Positions 9,711 through 20,453 are shown, counted from the first letter of the stretch. The stretch: DNA of 64,000 bases from an uncultured delta proteobacterium (GCA_963821845.1 CAWGFI010000021.1:38404-102403), one strand, 5' to 3'. Translations and numbers: made by a program. Notes: generated from the sequence alone by a model not told the origin.

Positions 9711-10241
9711 TGTCTTTCACCCTATGGTTCACCGGGATGTCCGGATCGGGCAAGAGTAACTTTATCAAAAAAAATTTATCGTGAACTCAGACTGCGCGAT
9801 ATGGAAGCGGAATTATTGGACGGCGATCTTATTCGATCGGTATTTTGCCAAGAATTGGGCTTCAGTAAAGCGCATAGAGACATCAACGTAAAAAGAATCG
9901 GATATATCAGCCATTTGCTCAATAAACATAATGTCATATCCATTGTCGCGGCCATTGCTCCGTATGCCGAGACTCGATTGCTGAATCGAAAGCTTTTGGA
10001 GCGCTATCATGAAATTTACTGTAGATGCCCTTTGGCCACCCTGGAACAGAGAGATGTAAAAGGGTTGTACAAAAAAGCCAGAGCCGGAGAAATACAATGT
10101 TTTACCGGTATATCGGATGTGTATGAGGAGCCGACCATGGCCGAGGTGACCGTGAATACCGACATGGAAGAAGTCGAAGAGAGTTTTGAGAAAATAATAG
10201 CCTATCTGGAATCAAGAAAAATTATCCCTTGTTGCGATTGA
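9711..10241 (+). pseudogene. cysC: Adenylylsulfate (APS) kinase interrupted by a frameshift in an A8 run (9767-9774)
   Basis: The ATG at 9711 encodes MSFTLWFTGMSGSGKS (P-loop) and then hits a stop. Removing one A of the 8-A run joins it in frame to ORF 9801..10241, giving GKSNFIKKIYRELRLRDMEAELLDGDLIRSVF...RDVKGLYKKARAGEIQCFTGISDVYEEP, a full APS-kinase match. An AAGGAG SD precedes the ATG. Confidence 0.8.
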
Positions 10242-10643
10242 TGAATTTGCCCCATCCGAACGAACAGTTAGGACCGAAGAAGGAAAGAATCCTCGATCGT
10301 GAAATCACGCCCCAGTCGGATATCTCGGATGCGCTTTTTTGCGCGCTCCAGGGTTCGAGCCGCCCGGACAGTCGGCTTGATTGCGGGAGCGGGCGCTTTT
10401 CCGATGGATTGACACTTTCCGATCCTTAAGGTAATTACCGTTCCAAATAGCATACCGATGAAGATGGATGCGCTGTCTTCGGCATTTTCGAATTTCAACG
10501 CCGCGCCCCCCTGCGAGTCCACGCGCCGGCGAAAGGCGAGCGCGGGAAAAAGTGTCCCGACGGCGCGCTTCCCGAAGAGTTCGGACTCGCCTCGAACAAT
10601 TTGATCCGACCCTTGCAAGGTATCGGACTGAGGTAACGGACCA

Positions 10644-11975
10644 ATGAAACAGCCGTCCGCGGCAGACAATGAAAAACAGCTCGGGAGCAGGCCGACTTCC
10701 GCTTATCCGATAAAAACGTCATCGACGTATCCCGTGTACGCCCCTGGGGAAGAAGACGAAGTCGATCTCTTTGAATTGATCATGGTCCTGATACGGGGCT
10801 GGAAGTGGATCGTCGGCGCCACCATCCTGACTGCTCTCATCGGCGCATCGATATTATTCATGCTTCCCAACGTGTACCGGGCGAACGCCACGCTAAGATT
10901 TTCTCCGGAAGGCGCCGGGGACAACGCCGGAGCGGCCAAGGACTATATCCCGCTCTTTCTGGTGAACGCCAATCTGCAGAAAGTCTTCAAGGAAGCCAAG
11001 GTGGCGCGGGCTTCCGGCGAACAGTATTCCTACGAGGAGATGCGAAAGATCGTCGACATAACGTCTCCCCAGCCTCAAATGCTGGTTATTTCGGCGAGGA
11101 CGGAAGACCCCCAGCGAGCCAAGGAAATCGCCAACGGGGTGGCGAAAGAAGGCATGGAAGAAGTGAACAGCGTTTTCGACCAGGAACGGGAACTTCTCAT
11201 CGGCAAGGCCCGAAAGCATTACGACGAAACCCGGCAGGAGTTGAATAAGCAAGAGCAGGAGTACCTCGACTTGGCCAAGCAAAGCGGCCTGGATGAAAAG
11301 AAGGCGCAAATCGAAATGCTGCAGGAAGAATCCAAGAATTTGCAGCACGATGTCGTGACGTATGAGGCGGATATCCAGAAACTGGAATCCATGCTCAAGG
11401 TCAGCCGGGAGACGATTAAGACCATAGAGCCTAAAAAAGTATATACCAAAAGTGTCGCTCAAAGCCCAGAAACCCTGGCCGCGCTCGCCCAAAGTGGCGT
11501 AAAGCCTTCTCCGTCGATGCTGGCCGCCGAGATGAAGGAAGAAACGCCCAATCCGACCTATGAGGAAATCGAACGGACGATCCCGCAGCAGGAAATCGAG
11601 CTGGGCAGCGCCAAAAGCATGCATGAGGACAGGAAAAAGACATTTTCCGCGGTGATGGCCGAGATCGAGAAGCTGCGTCCGGCGGTTATCGAATTGCAGC
11701 AGAAGGTGGATCGGGCCAAGGACGAACTTACCATGGCTCGCACGGCATATAACCAGGCGAACGACTCGCTCTGGTCGCTCAAAAGCCGGCAGACGGGCCG
11801 TGTGCAACCGTTTATGGTGATCAACCCCGCTCATGCGCCTCAGCTAAAGGACGGTCCTCACCGGGCGGCGATCATCTTAGGTGTCATGGTCGTCGTTTTC
11901 TTTATGACCTGCGTAGCGCTCCTTTTGAAAGACGCCTATATTCGGCGTCAAAAAGCGTATCAGGAGAACAGGTAA
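10644..11975 (+). CDS. wzz: Polysaccharide chain-length determinant (Wzz/PCP family; no kinase domain)
   Basis: TM segment near the N-terminus, a long coiled-coil periplasmic region, and a C-terminal TM followed by a basic tail. This architecture is typical of PCP-1/Wzz. Confidence 0.7.
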   Translation: MKQPSAADNEKQLGSRPTSAYPIKTSSTYPVYAPGEEDEVDLFELIMVLIRGWKWIVGATILTALIGASILFMLPNVYRANATLRFSPEGAGDNAGAAKDYIPLFLVNANLQKVFKEAKVARASGEQYSYEEMRKIVDITSPQPQMLVISARTEDPQRAKEIANGVAKEGMEEVNSVFDQERELLIGKARKHYDETRQELNKQEQEYLDLAKQSGLDEKKAQIEMLQEESKNLQHDVVTYEADIQKLESMLKVSRETIKTIEPKKVYTKSVAQSPETLAALAQSGVKPSPSMLAAEMKEETPNPTYEEIERTIPQQEIELGSAKSMHEDRKKTFSAVMAEIEKLRPAVIELQQKVDRAKDELTMARTAYNQANDSLWSLKSRQTGRVQPFMVINPAHAPQLKDGPHRAAIILGVMVVVFFMTCVALLLKDAYIRRQKAYQENR

Positions 11976-12105
11976 CGAAAACCTCTTCATGAGGTTTCTC
12001 CTGAAGCTAATCCTATAAAGAGCTTGAATCCGGATTTCTCCGATACGAAATGAATTGAACTTTGGGACGTTGTTTCAAGCAGGGGAGAAAAATCTGGAAC
12101 CGGTC

Positions 12106-13449
12106 ATGAAAAGCACGTTGCAAAGAGCGCGGGAATGGCTGCAAACAACGAACATTCTCGCCAACCTGGCCAAGCTCTTGGGTGGAAGCCTGGCCGCGCA
12201 AGGGCTCTATTTTTTATCCATGCCGCTGATAACACGGCTTTATGATCGGGTGGACCTTGGAAATCTGGGTATTTTCCTCTCCATTTGCTCGCTGACGTCG
12301 GTCAGCCTCACCCTGCAATATGAAAGCGCCATTATAAAAACGCCTACCCGGGAAGAGGCGAACCAGTTATTCCTCGGCTCGATTTTCTTATCAACGGCGA
12401 TCATGATCGTTCTTACGCTCATCTTTTTCGCGTTCATAGATAATTTCAGGCGGATAGAGCAGGTTAGAACCCTGGGCGCGCTGATATGGTTTTTACCCTG
12501 CGCCATTTTGTTTCGCACGTGGATTATTATCTTCGAGGCTATTTTAACGTACTCACAACGGTACGGCCGCATCGGATCGACGCAGGTATTCCGCAGATTT
12601 ATCGAGGCAAGCATCCAGATCACCTTTGGTCTGGCGTTTCGTTTGGGCGGGGTCGGGCTGATCCTGGGAACGATCGCGGGTGATTTTTCGTGCGGACTCT
12701 TTTACCTCGGTAGTCTGCGGATTCAAAGCGTCATCTCCTCATTCAACGCCCGGAGGCTGTTGCGTCTGCTGAAGGAATACTCGAATTTTCCCAAGTACGC
12801 GTTTCCGGCGGCGTTTCTTTCTCAACTGCGAAACGCCGCGCCGCTTTTTTTGATAGCGGCCTTTTTCGGGATCAAGTACGCGGGAATATTCGAGTTGACC
12901 CGCAGGGTTCTGCTGGCGCCTCAAACGTTTTTCGGCCAGCAGTATAAGCAGGTCTTTTATCAAAAAAGCGCCTCCATATATATTCAGGGCGGTGACATTT
13001 CCCGGATGGTGGAGCGTTCGCTTCAGGGATTATTGCTGTTGAATCTGCCCGTGTTCCTGATCATTGGGATATTCGGACGTCAGCTTTTCGCGTGGGTATT
13101 CGGTCCGGCCTGGATCGAAGCCGGATTGCTGGCGCAGATCTTGACGCCGGCCTTGTTTCTCAAGACCCTGGCGATCCCCATTTCTTCATTCAATACCCTG
13201 AACAGGCAGGACGTCGCGCTCTACTGGAATCTGTTGAGCACTATCTTCAGCGCGCTGGCTATATGGGTCGGTAAAGGTATGGGCGGTCTGATCGAGGCGA
13301 TGATCTGTTTCAGCGCCGTGCTGACGCTTGCTTATTGCGTTCATTTATGGTTTACGCTGCGATTGACGGGCGCTTCCTTAAGACGAGCGATTCTATCGCC
13401 CGTGCGTCTGCCCAGCATCAGACGTTTACGGGAAAAATCCAGTCTATGA
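12106..13449 (+). CDS. wzx: Wzx-type polysaccharide flippase (MOP superfamily)
   Basis: About 12 predicted TM helices along a ~450-aa protein, with a polysaccharide-biosynthesis-protein-like N-terminal motif. Start chosen at MKSTLQRA. Confidence 0.75.
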   Translation: MKSTLQRAREWLQTTNILANLAKLLGGSLAAQGLYFLSMPLITRLYDRVDLGNLGIFLSICSLTSVSLTLQYESAIIKTPTREEANQLFLGSIFLSTAIMIVLTLIFFAFIDNFRRIEQVRTLGALIWFLPCAILFRTWIIIFEAILTYSQRYGRIGSTQVFRRFIEASIQITFGLAFRLGGVGLILGTIAGDFSCGLFYLGSLRIQSVISSFNARRLLRLLKEYSNFPKYAFPAAFLSQLRNAAPLFLIAAFFGIKYAGIFELTRRVLLAPQTFFGQQYKQVFYQKSASIYIQGGDISRMVERSLQGLLLLNLPVFLIIGIFGRQLFAWVFGPAWIEAGLLAQILTPALFLKTLAIPISSFNTLNRQDVALYWNLLSTIFSALAIWVGKGMGGLIEAMICFSAVLTLAYCVHLWFTLRLTGASLRRAILSPVRLPSIRRLREKSSL

Positions 13450-14377
13450 GAGTTTTCGCGCGTTTTCATGATAAATTGGAAAACCTGATGAATTTCTCGC
13501 TGTACCAGCTTGCGGAGCAAGCCGTCGGGAGAGTCAGGCGCGCGCGGTCGCTCGAACGCTTCGATGATTCCCACCCTTGCGTGTTCGTGTTGTCCACGGG
13601 GAGAGTGGGCACGCTCACGCTGGCGGCTCTTTTGCGCGCCGCGCCCGGTATGATGGCTTTGCATGAGCCGAGCCCGCGCCTGTATGAGCTTTCATGTCTG
13701 GCCTACCGGGCCTCGCCGTCCCCGGAAACGGCTTTAATACTTTCGGCGGCTTTCAAATCCATTCGAAACGACACCCTCGACCTGGCGCTCAAGCTGCGCC
13801 GGGGATACGTCGAAACCAGCCCGCAGGTTACCTTTCTGGCCCCCTATATTCTGGACGCGGTACCGGAAGCGAAGTTCATCCACCTGGCGCGCCCCCCCTG
13901 GAGGTGATCAATTCCGGCATGCGGCGCAAATGGTACGCTGGCCATATGAACGACGCCTACAGGATAACCCCCCCGGAGGGAACCGCAGCGTATGATCTGT
14001 GGGGAACTTGGAGCCTCGAGGAAAAGATCGCATGGCTCTGGGACGAAACCAATCGCTGGATCGCGGATTTTTTCGGCTCCCATCCGGGCGCGCCTTCACT
14101 GTTTCTACGTTCGGAAGAGCTTTTCAACGGGGACACCGAAGCCATAACGAAATTATTTTCCTTTGTCGGCTCTCCGACGCCGCCTTCTGGAAAGATTGGG
14201 GCGGTACTGAAAAAAAAGCTAAACGCGCAGACCACCGGCGAATCCGTCAGCTTTGGACCGGAGGAGCGTGATCGTTTGAACGCCGTTCGGGCCATTGCGG
14301 GAGAAACGGCGCATAAGCTGGGGTATGATATCGGATATGTTCAGGCAGAGTCTCAGGAAAAGCGCCGGGCGGATTGA
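13446..14377 (+). pseudogene. Sulfotransferase-family protein with a -1 frameshift at a C7 run (13892-13898)
   Basis: The N-terminal part has a 5'-PSB-like loop VFVLSTGRVGTLTLAALL. Frame 0 ends as FIHLARPPWR* at the C7 run. Frame 2 continues PPLEVINSGMRRKWYAGHM..., and the joined HLARPP-LEV region resembles the RDPRD 3'-PB region. ATGA overlap with the wzx stop. Confidence 0.65.
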
Positions 14378-14381
14378 AACA

Positions 14382-15497
14382 ATGATCGATTGGGAGAAAT
14401 TGGCGCGAGGAGACTACGAAGCCGAACAGTTAAACCGCTTGAAAACGCCTTGCTACGACGCGACTTCACCGAACTTCAGCGTTTTAAACGCGCACAGCCT
14501 TTTTTACCGGCCTGTGGCGGACATAGCGCGTCTGGCGAAGGGAACGCAGCAGCCGGCGTGGCCTGAGGGAAAACGATTCGCCGTCTGCCTGACCCACGAT
14601 GTGGATGCCGTGTCACGATACGCGTTATCGCATCACGCGCGGCGTTTGACCACGGGGGGGCGGCTGGCCTTGCGGGAACCCAATATCAGGCACGTGAAAA
14701 ATCTGCTGCAAACCGGTTGGTTGCTGTCGCGCAGCCTTTCCGCTTTGGGCAAAAAAGATCCGACGCACTGTTACGAAAAATGGCTTCAAGCGGAAGCGGA
14801 AGTCGGCGCCACATCAACCTTTCTCTTTCTACCTGAGCAAACCAGATACCCGCACGCGACGGACGGCGGGTACCGCTTTGATGATTCCATCGTCTTTGAC
14901 GGACAGAAGACCTCCGTGCGGGAAATGATGAGGGAAATGTCGCGGCGCGGGTGGGAAGTCGGCCTTCACGCTCTGTGGAACTCCTGGCGAAGCGCCGATG
15001 AAATGAAGTATCAGAAAGAACAGGTCGAACGGGCGGCGGATAGTGAAGTGGTAAGCCTGCGGCAGCACTGCCTGCATTTCGATATTCGTGTTTCACCGGA
15101 AATATACGCGCAAAGCGGAATTTTGTTCGATACCAGCGTCGGTTTCAATGACAATGTGGGGTTTCGTTTCGGAACATGTTATCCCTGGCTCCTCAGTGAA
15201 CCAAACGGCGAACGGCTGCGGCCTACGCTTGAGTTGCCTCTTATAATCCAGGATAAGGCTTTGATAGAGTGTTGCGCGCATAATCCCAGCTTGGCGTTAT
15301 CGCTCATGGAGCTGCTGATCTCTGCGGTGGAGGAGGTCGGCGGAGTTCTCACACTTCTCTGGCATCCCTGCCGCATCGCTCAGGAACACCACTTTGCTTT
15401 ATACCGCCATGCCCTTGGTTTATTAAAGAATCGTAATGCGTATTTCGGTACAATGAGGGAAATCGGAACCCACTGGTTGAACAGCCTCACCGACTAA
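14382..15497 (+). CDS. Polysaccharide deacetylase-like (NodB/CE4-like) family protein
   Basis: The motif AVCLTHDVDAV and the overall size fit the deacetylase-like superfamily. Start chosen at MIDWEKL, just after the sulfotransferase stop. Confidence 0.5.
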   Translation: MIDWEKLARGDYEAEQLNRLKTPCYDATSPNFSVLNAHSLFYRPVADIARLAKGTQQPAWPEGKRFAVCLTHDVDAVSRYALSHHARRLTTGGRLALREPNIRHVKNLLQTGWLLSRSLSALGKKDPTHCYEKWLQAEAEVGATSTFLFLPEQTRYPHATDGGYRFDDSIVFDGQKTSVREMMREMSRRGWEVGLHALWNSWRSADEMKYQKEQVERAADSEVVSLRQHCLHFDIRVSPEIYAQSGILFDTSVGFNDNVGFRFGTCYPWLLSEPNGERLRPTLELPLIIQDKALIECCAHNPSLALSLMELLISAVEEVGGVLTLLWHPCRIAQEHHFALYRHALGLLKNRNAYFGTMREIGTHWLNSLTD

Positions 15498-15576
15498 AGC
15501 TCGACCGTGAAATCAATTAATGACTCCAGGCAGAAATAGATAAAAATCGTTAATTTGACAGAAAAGGAACTGTGTC

Positions 15577-16806
15577 TTGTCCGACGAAAGGAGTGAAAAA
15601 ATCTACCGGGAGAAGCGGTATGGTGACTATCTGTTGGTGTATAGTAACTTCGAGGATCTCTCCAATCTGACCGGAAGATCCATTAATGAAAGAGAATTTG
15701 TGGGCGCTCTTCTGAGAACTCCCGATCTCCAGGCGCTCTATATCGGTCCCCATATGAATCAGAAGCTGGAGGGGCTTCCCACGGAAAAAATAATGAGCAA
15801 GCCTCTCGCACCTCGGTCGCTTTTCTCGCAAATGGCGTTTCAACTGTGGTTGTTTTGGATACTGATCAAAACATGTATGAGAGAGCGCGGAAAGGTGATC
15901 ATCATTTCGCGACCCAACTACTTTTCTATCGCCGCGCCTTTGGTAAGCTTATTGATGCGCGTTTGTCTGATAACCAAAGACGCCGGTCTGGGCGTGGTGG
16001 ACCTGCAGACCAGAACCGACACGCCCTTTGTATTTCGTAAGCTACTGATAAAACTGCTTGAATTCAATATGCGGCGCTCGAATGGCCTATGGGTGGTGAC
16101 GAGCCAGATTGGCGAATATTGGGAAAAACATATACCGACGGAGAATAAGAGAATTTTTCTTCTTCCCAACGGCGCCAATACGCGGCTTTTCAATTTGGAC
16201 AATTCTCAACCATTGCCTCGCGAGATTCTCCAATGCATACCAAAGGCGCGATACTACGGCTGTTACGCCGGTTTTTTTCAGGATACCGGCGGGGAAAGGA
16301 TTATCAGCGCAATTAAGCTTTTGAAGGATAACGGCGATGACTATGCGCTCCTGTTCGCGGGTTATGGAAATGGTGAGGATCAGCTCAAGAGTTTTACGCG
16401 CGATCAGGGGCTTGAAGACCGCGTCATCTTTCTTGGACTTTTGCCCTATCAGTACATGCCGTCCTTATATCACTTCTGTGATGTGCTTTTTGCGGTATAC
16501 CCGCGCAATTTCGTTGAGGTAATCGGATCAAGTTCACAGAAGGTCTTTCAGTATCTCGCGTGCGGCCGCCCCGTTGTGGCCTCGCGCACATCCGGCCACG
16601 AAGCCCTGTCCCGTAAATATTTCGGCGAACTCGTGGATCCTCAGGACATCGAGGAATTGGCGGCCGCGATCAAAAAGGTGTGCGAATCCGCTGAATATAA
16701 CACTATCGAGATAGCGCAAGCCCGGCATGATTATATCGCTCAAAAGCACAGCTACGAACGATTGGTGGATGAGTTATTGTATAATCTGAACTATTTAATT
16801 TATTGA
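15577..16806 (+). CDS. Glycosyltransferase family 1 (GT4-like)
   Basis: C-terminal GT1 signature VFQYLACGRPVVASRTSGHEALSRKYFGELVDPQDIEELAAAIKKV. Confidence 0.75.
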   Translation: MSDERSEKIYREKRYGDYLLVYSNFEDLSNLTGRSINEREFVGALLRTPDLQALYIGPHMNQKLEGLPTEKIMSKPLAPRSLFSQMAFQLWLFWILIKTCMRERGKVIIISRPNYFSIAAPLVSLLMRVCLITKDAGLGVVDLQTRTDTPFVFRKLLIKLLEFNMRRSNGLWVVTSQIGEYWEKHIPTENKRIFLLPNGANTRLFNLDNSQPLPREILQCIPKARYYGCYAGFFQDTGGERIISAIKLLKDNGDDYALLFAGYGNGEDQLKSFTRDQGLEDRVIFLGLLPYQYMPSLYHFCDVLFAVYPRNFVEVIGSSSQKVFQYLACGRPVVASRTSGHEALSRKYFGELVDPQDIEELAAAIKKVCESAEYNTIEIAQARHDYIAQKHSYERLVDELLYNLNYLIY

Positions 16807-16845
16807 TAAAAAAACAAAAGCATTGTTAAGGTTAAATAATAGGCC

Positions 16846-18174
16846 ATGTCAGCGCAGGTTAAACACCATAAATCCATAAAAATCACGGACCTTGTCATTC
16901 CTTTTATGGTGAGCGCCTACGCGATCGATCTGCAAAAATTCGCCATCAATCTCGCGTCCGCGGTTTTATACAAACCGCTTGCCTGGAGCGAAACGGCTCA
17001 TCTGGTGGACATAGGCCTTGCGGCGGCACTCGTTTTATTAGGCGCGTTGAAGGCTGGAAAACTTGTGCGCATTCCCTCTCTTTGGAAGACCCCGCTCCTC
17101 ATTCAATTCCTTTTCTTTGTTTGTTTTACGATGGCCTTAATTGTTCACTTCGATCTTCTTTCCCGGAGTCAATATCTACGGTTTGTGGCCGGTAACCTGC
17201 TGCTCTTCATATTGCCATTGCTTTTCCTCAGAAAAGAATTCCAAATCGAATTGTTCTTTAACGTGCTTCTCTTCACGGCCGTTGTATACGCCCTGCTCGG
17301 CGGATGGTATTTACATGAAGGTCTGATGTGGTCTTCGTCACGGACAAAATTCATTCCGAACACCGGAATTCGCATGGGGTTCATATGCGCGCTCGCCTTT
17401 CTCTATGTTATTATCGCAGGCGGGCGATGGAAATTTTCCACAAAACTTTTGATATCAGGAATTCTGCTCTTAGGGATAATAGCCTCGGGATCAAAGGGGT
17501 CGTTGATCATTCTTGCCGTAACATTGGCGTTTCGCGCGGGGGTTTATTTCCTTATGGGCAGGCGGATGAAAAAGGCCGAATTATATCTTCTCATATCGTT
17601 TCTGCTACTCGCCGCCCCGCTGATGTATATGCTCTCGGTCTCGGAGGGGACTGGTTTCGCAAAGCAGGTCACGGAAAGTGATACCTACCTGAACAGCCTG
17701 GTAATGAGAATAGACATAATCAAATATTATATTCAATTCGGTCTTCAGGAACCCCTGCTTGGTCATGGAATCAGCGCGGCGTATAGTGAAGTCAGCGGCT
17801 ATCCCATTCGCACCCATAGCGCGATATCAAGTATATTTGTTCAGGCTGGGATTATCCCCGTACTGTTGCATCTTAGTTTTGCCCTATGGTTTATTTTCGT
17901 CGGTATGAAACACGTCTCCTCCAGGGTGAAATATTCACCACAATTCAGACTGATATTGGAAGCCGCTTATTTCGGTTTTTTTCTTCTGTTATTGAAAAGT
18001 GAGATTACCAGCGACATTCCCGGAAACAGGGAACTCTGGTTTTTCGCCGGATTACTGCTAAGTTGTTTCGCGCTGGCTCGGAAGCGCTTGCCGGAGTCCG
18101 AACAACTTACCGACAGCTCGATAAACACAGCGCCCTTGTCCGATCTGGCGGCGCCTCAATCCCCCAGGGCTTAA
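16846..18174 (+). CDS. wzy: O-antigen ligase/polymerase family membrane protein (Wzy-like)
   Basis: 442 aa with about 10-12 TM helices and a larger periplasmic loop. Lower GC than the flanks. Confidence 0.65.
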   Translation: MSAQVKHHKSIKITDLVIPFMVSAYAIDLQKFAINLASAVLYKPLAWSETAHLVDIGLAAALVLLGALKAGKLVRIPSLWKTPLLIQFLFFVCFTMALIVHFDLLSRSQYLRFVAGNLLLFILPLLFLRKEFQIELFFNVLLFTAVVYALLGGWYLHEGLMWSSSRTKFIPNTGIRMGFICALAFLYVIIAGGRWKFSTKLLISGILLLGIIASGSKGSLIILAVTLAFRAGVYFLMGRRMKKAELYLLISFLLLAAPLMYMLSVSEGTGFAKQVTESDTYLNSLVMRIDIIKYYIQFGLQEPLLGHGISAAYSEVSGYPIRTHSAISSIFVQAGIIPVLLHLSFALWFIFVGMKHVSSRVKYSPQFRLILEAAYFGFFLLLLKSEITSDIPGNRELWFFAGLLLSCFALARKRLPESEQLTDSSINTAPLSDLAAPQSPRA

Positions 18175-18320
18175 TGCTCTTTGGGAAGAGGTCAAATAAT
18201 GCGGGAGCCGTTTGATCGATGCAAAAACAACTCGGATTCGTCTGATCACACCGGCTCTACCGATGATGATCAGATACGGGATACCATGGTAATACATCCT
18301 CTTTCGAATAGGCTCTCCTG

Positions 18321-20315
18321 GTGTGTGGAATAATAGGATTTTTGCTTCCTTCGCCATCCCTTGACGCGGAGGCGCTGACTTCAGTCGCGTTATCGATGGC
18401 GCGGTCGCTTCAACATAGGGGACCGGACGATGAAGGGGTTTGGGTCGACGCCCAAGCGGGAGTGGCCCTCGGTCACCGGCGACTGTCCATTATCGATCTT
18501 TCTCCCGCCGGGGCCCAGCCCATGGTCTCCAAGAGCGGACGACTGGTCATATCGTACAATGGGGAGGTTTATAATTTCCCCGAACTGCGTAGGGATCTGG
18601 AACAGCTTGGGCGTTCGTTTAAGGGCCATTCGGACACGGAAGTCATTCTGGAAGCGATCGAGGCTTGGGGACTGGAAAAAGCGGTCTCCAAATTCGTGGG
18701 CATGTTCGCCTTTGCGCTGTGGGACCGGGAAGAACATACACTCCATCTTGTCCGGGACCGCCTCGGCATAAAACCGCTCTACTATGGATGGGCCGGTTCG
18801 GCCTTTTTGTTCGCTTCCGAACTAAAGCCGTTTCGAGTTTATCCCGCATGGGAGGGTCGCATTGATCGTAACGCGCTTTCCCTATACGTTCGCTACAATT
18901 ATGTGCCCGCGCCGTACTCCATTTATGAGGGCGTGTATAAGCTCATTCCGGGTGCGATTCTCACGATAGACCCCCGTACCATGGACTCGCGCTCAATTTC
19001 GCCATTTCCCGCCGACGAAGCGAGTTCAGGCGCCATGAGGCCTGTCACGTACTGGTCCGCCCGGCGGGTAATGGAGGCAGGGGCGGCAGATCCCTTCACA
19101 GGCGGGGCTGAAGAGGCGATCGATCGCCTCGAGTCCCTCTTATATTCGGCTGTTTCGTGTCGGATGATCGCCGATGTTCCCTTGGGGGCCTTTCTATCCG
19201 GGGGCATCGACTCTTCCCTGGTTGTTTCCATGATGCAGGAAGCGTCGACGTTGCCGGTGAAGACGTTTACCATCGGGTTTCATGACGATGTTTTTAATGA
19301 AGCGCATTTCGCGAAAACCGTGGCCGAATACCTGGGAACGGATCACACGGAATTGTATGTCACCCCTCGGGAAACGCTGGACCTTGTTCCCCGCATACCT
19401 TCGCTTTTTGACGAACCCTTCGCCGACTCCAGCCAGATACCTACTTTCATGGTCTCCCGGCTCGCCGGAAGGCATGTGACCGTCGCTCTGTCCGGCGATG
19501 GCGGGGACGAACTGTTTGCAGGCTATAATCGGTATTTTAAAGGGGCGCGGTTATGGTCGAGAACGTCCTGCTATCCCTACCCTCTCCGGCGGAGCCTCGC
19601 CGGCCTCATGGAGAGAATACCGTTAACCGCATGGAGTAAACTGGTTAGGGCGCTTAGATTCACGCTTCCGTCTGAGTTTTCTTCACGTCCCCTTGGCGAC
19701 AGTATCACCAAAATCATCGACGTGTTGCAATCGAGGGATACCCAGGAACTGTACTCCAGATTCAGTTCCAACTGGAAAGAACCGGAGAGGCTGGCGCTCG
19801 GATCGAAAGAGCCTCCAACGCTTTTGACCGGGGTGTATAATGAATCGCGCCTGTCCGATTTCGTGAGACTGATGATGCTGGCCGACCTGACAGGCTATCA
19901 TGCTGACGATATCCTGGTTAAGGTTGATCGCGCCAGCATGGGTGTCAGTCTGGAAGCCCGTGTGCCGATCATCGACCATCGTGTGGTGGAATTCTCCGCC
20001 CGGCTGCCCTTGTCGATGATGGCGCGTGAGGGTCAAGGCAAGTGGATATTGCGGCAGATTCTGTATCGCCGGGTCCCCCGAACGTTACTCGATCGGCCTA
20101 AAAAGGGATTCGGGGTACCGATAGGCCAATGGCTGCGCGGTCCCTTGCGGTCTTGGGCCGAAGATTTACTGGACCAGGCTTCTCTCCATCGTCAAGGTTA
20201 TTTAAATCCCGATCTGGTTCGTAAAAAATGGCGCGTGCATCTTTCGGGAAGGGAAGACGCCGGTCAACAACTATGGAGCGTCCTGATGTTTCAAGCCTGG
20301 CTTCTTGAACAATGA
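18321..20315 (+). CDS. asnB: Asparagine synthase (glutamine-hydrolysing) family amidotransferase
   Basis: N-terminal MCGIIGF (Ntn Cys2), SGGIDSS PP-loop, 664 aa. AsnB/WbpS-type amidotransferases are common in polysaccharide loci. Confidence 0.85.
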   Translation: MCGIIGFLLPSPSLDAEALTSVALSMARSLQHRGPDDEGVWVDAQAGVALGHRRLSIIDLSPAGAQPMVSKSGRLVISYNGEVYNFPELRRDLEQLGRSFKGHSDTEVILEAIEAWGLEKAVSKFVGMFAFALWDREEHTLHLVRDRLGIKPLYYGWAGSAFLFASELKPFRVYPAWEGRIDRNALSLYVRYNYVPAPYSIYEGVYKLIPGAILTIDPRTMDSRSISPFPADEASSGAMRPVTYWSARRVMEAGAADPFTGGAEEAIDRLESLLYSAVSCRMIADVPLGAFLSGGIDSSLVVSMMQEASTLPVKTFTIGFHDDVFNEAHFAKTVAEYLGTDHTELYVTPRETLDLVPRIPSLFDEPFADSSQIPTFMVSRLAGRHVTVALSGDGGDELFAGYNRYFKGARLWSRTSCYPYPLRRSLAGLMERIPLTAWSKLVRALRFTLPSEFSSRPLGDSITKIIDVLQSRDTQELYSRFSSNWKEPERLALGSKEPPTLLTGVYNESRLSDFVRLMMLADLTGYHADDILVKVDRASMGVSLEARVPIIDHRVVEFSARLPLSMMAREGQGKWILRQILYRRVPRTLLDRPKKGFGVPIGQWLRGPLRSWAEDLLDQASLHRQGYLNPDLVRKKWRVHLSGREDAGQQLWSVLMFQAWLLEQ

Positions 20316-20453
20316 TCGATCGACTCAAACCGAATATCCGGATTCAACCTTTACGTGGTGAATCGCCACGTTTTTTTCACGAACATGGCGATATGCCCGG
20401 CGAGAAGCGAGCATGGAGATCTTAACCGTGTATGTCCCCTGTCCAGGATTTGT

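Noticed and set aside
9801-10241. Stand-alone 146-aa ORF
   Set aside because: It is the C-terminal two-thirds of APS kinase. The P-loop N-terminus lies upstream in another frame (frameshift at the A8 run), so it is not an independent gene.
13905-13907. In-frame TGA in the sulfotransferase as a possible selenocysteine codon (SelB is present in the window)
   Set aside because: Downstream sequence continues in a different frame, not the same frame. There is no SECIS-like hairpin immediately 3' of the TGA, and the site coincides with a C7 homopolymer, so a frameshift is the better explanation.
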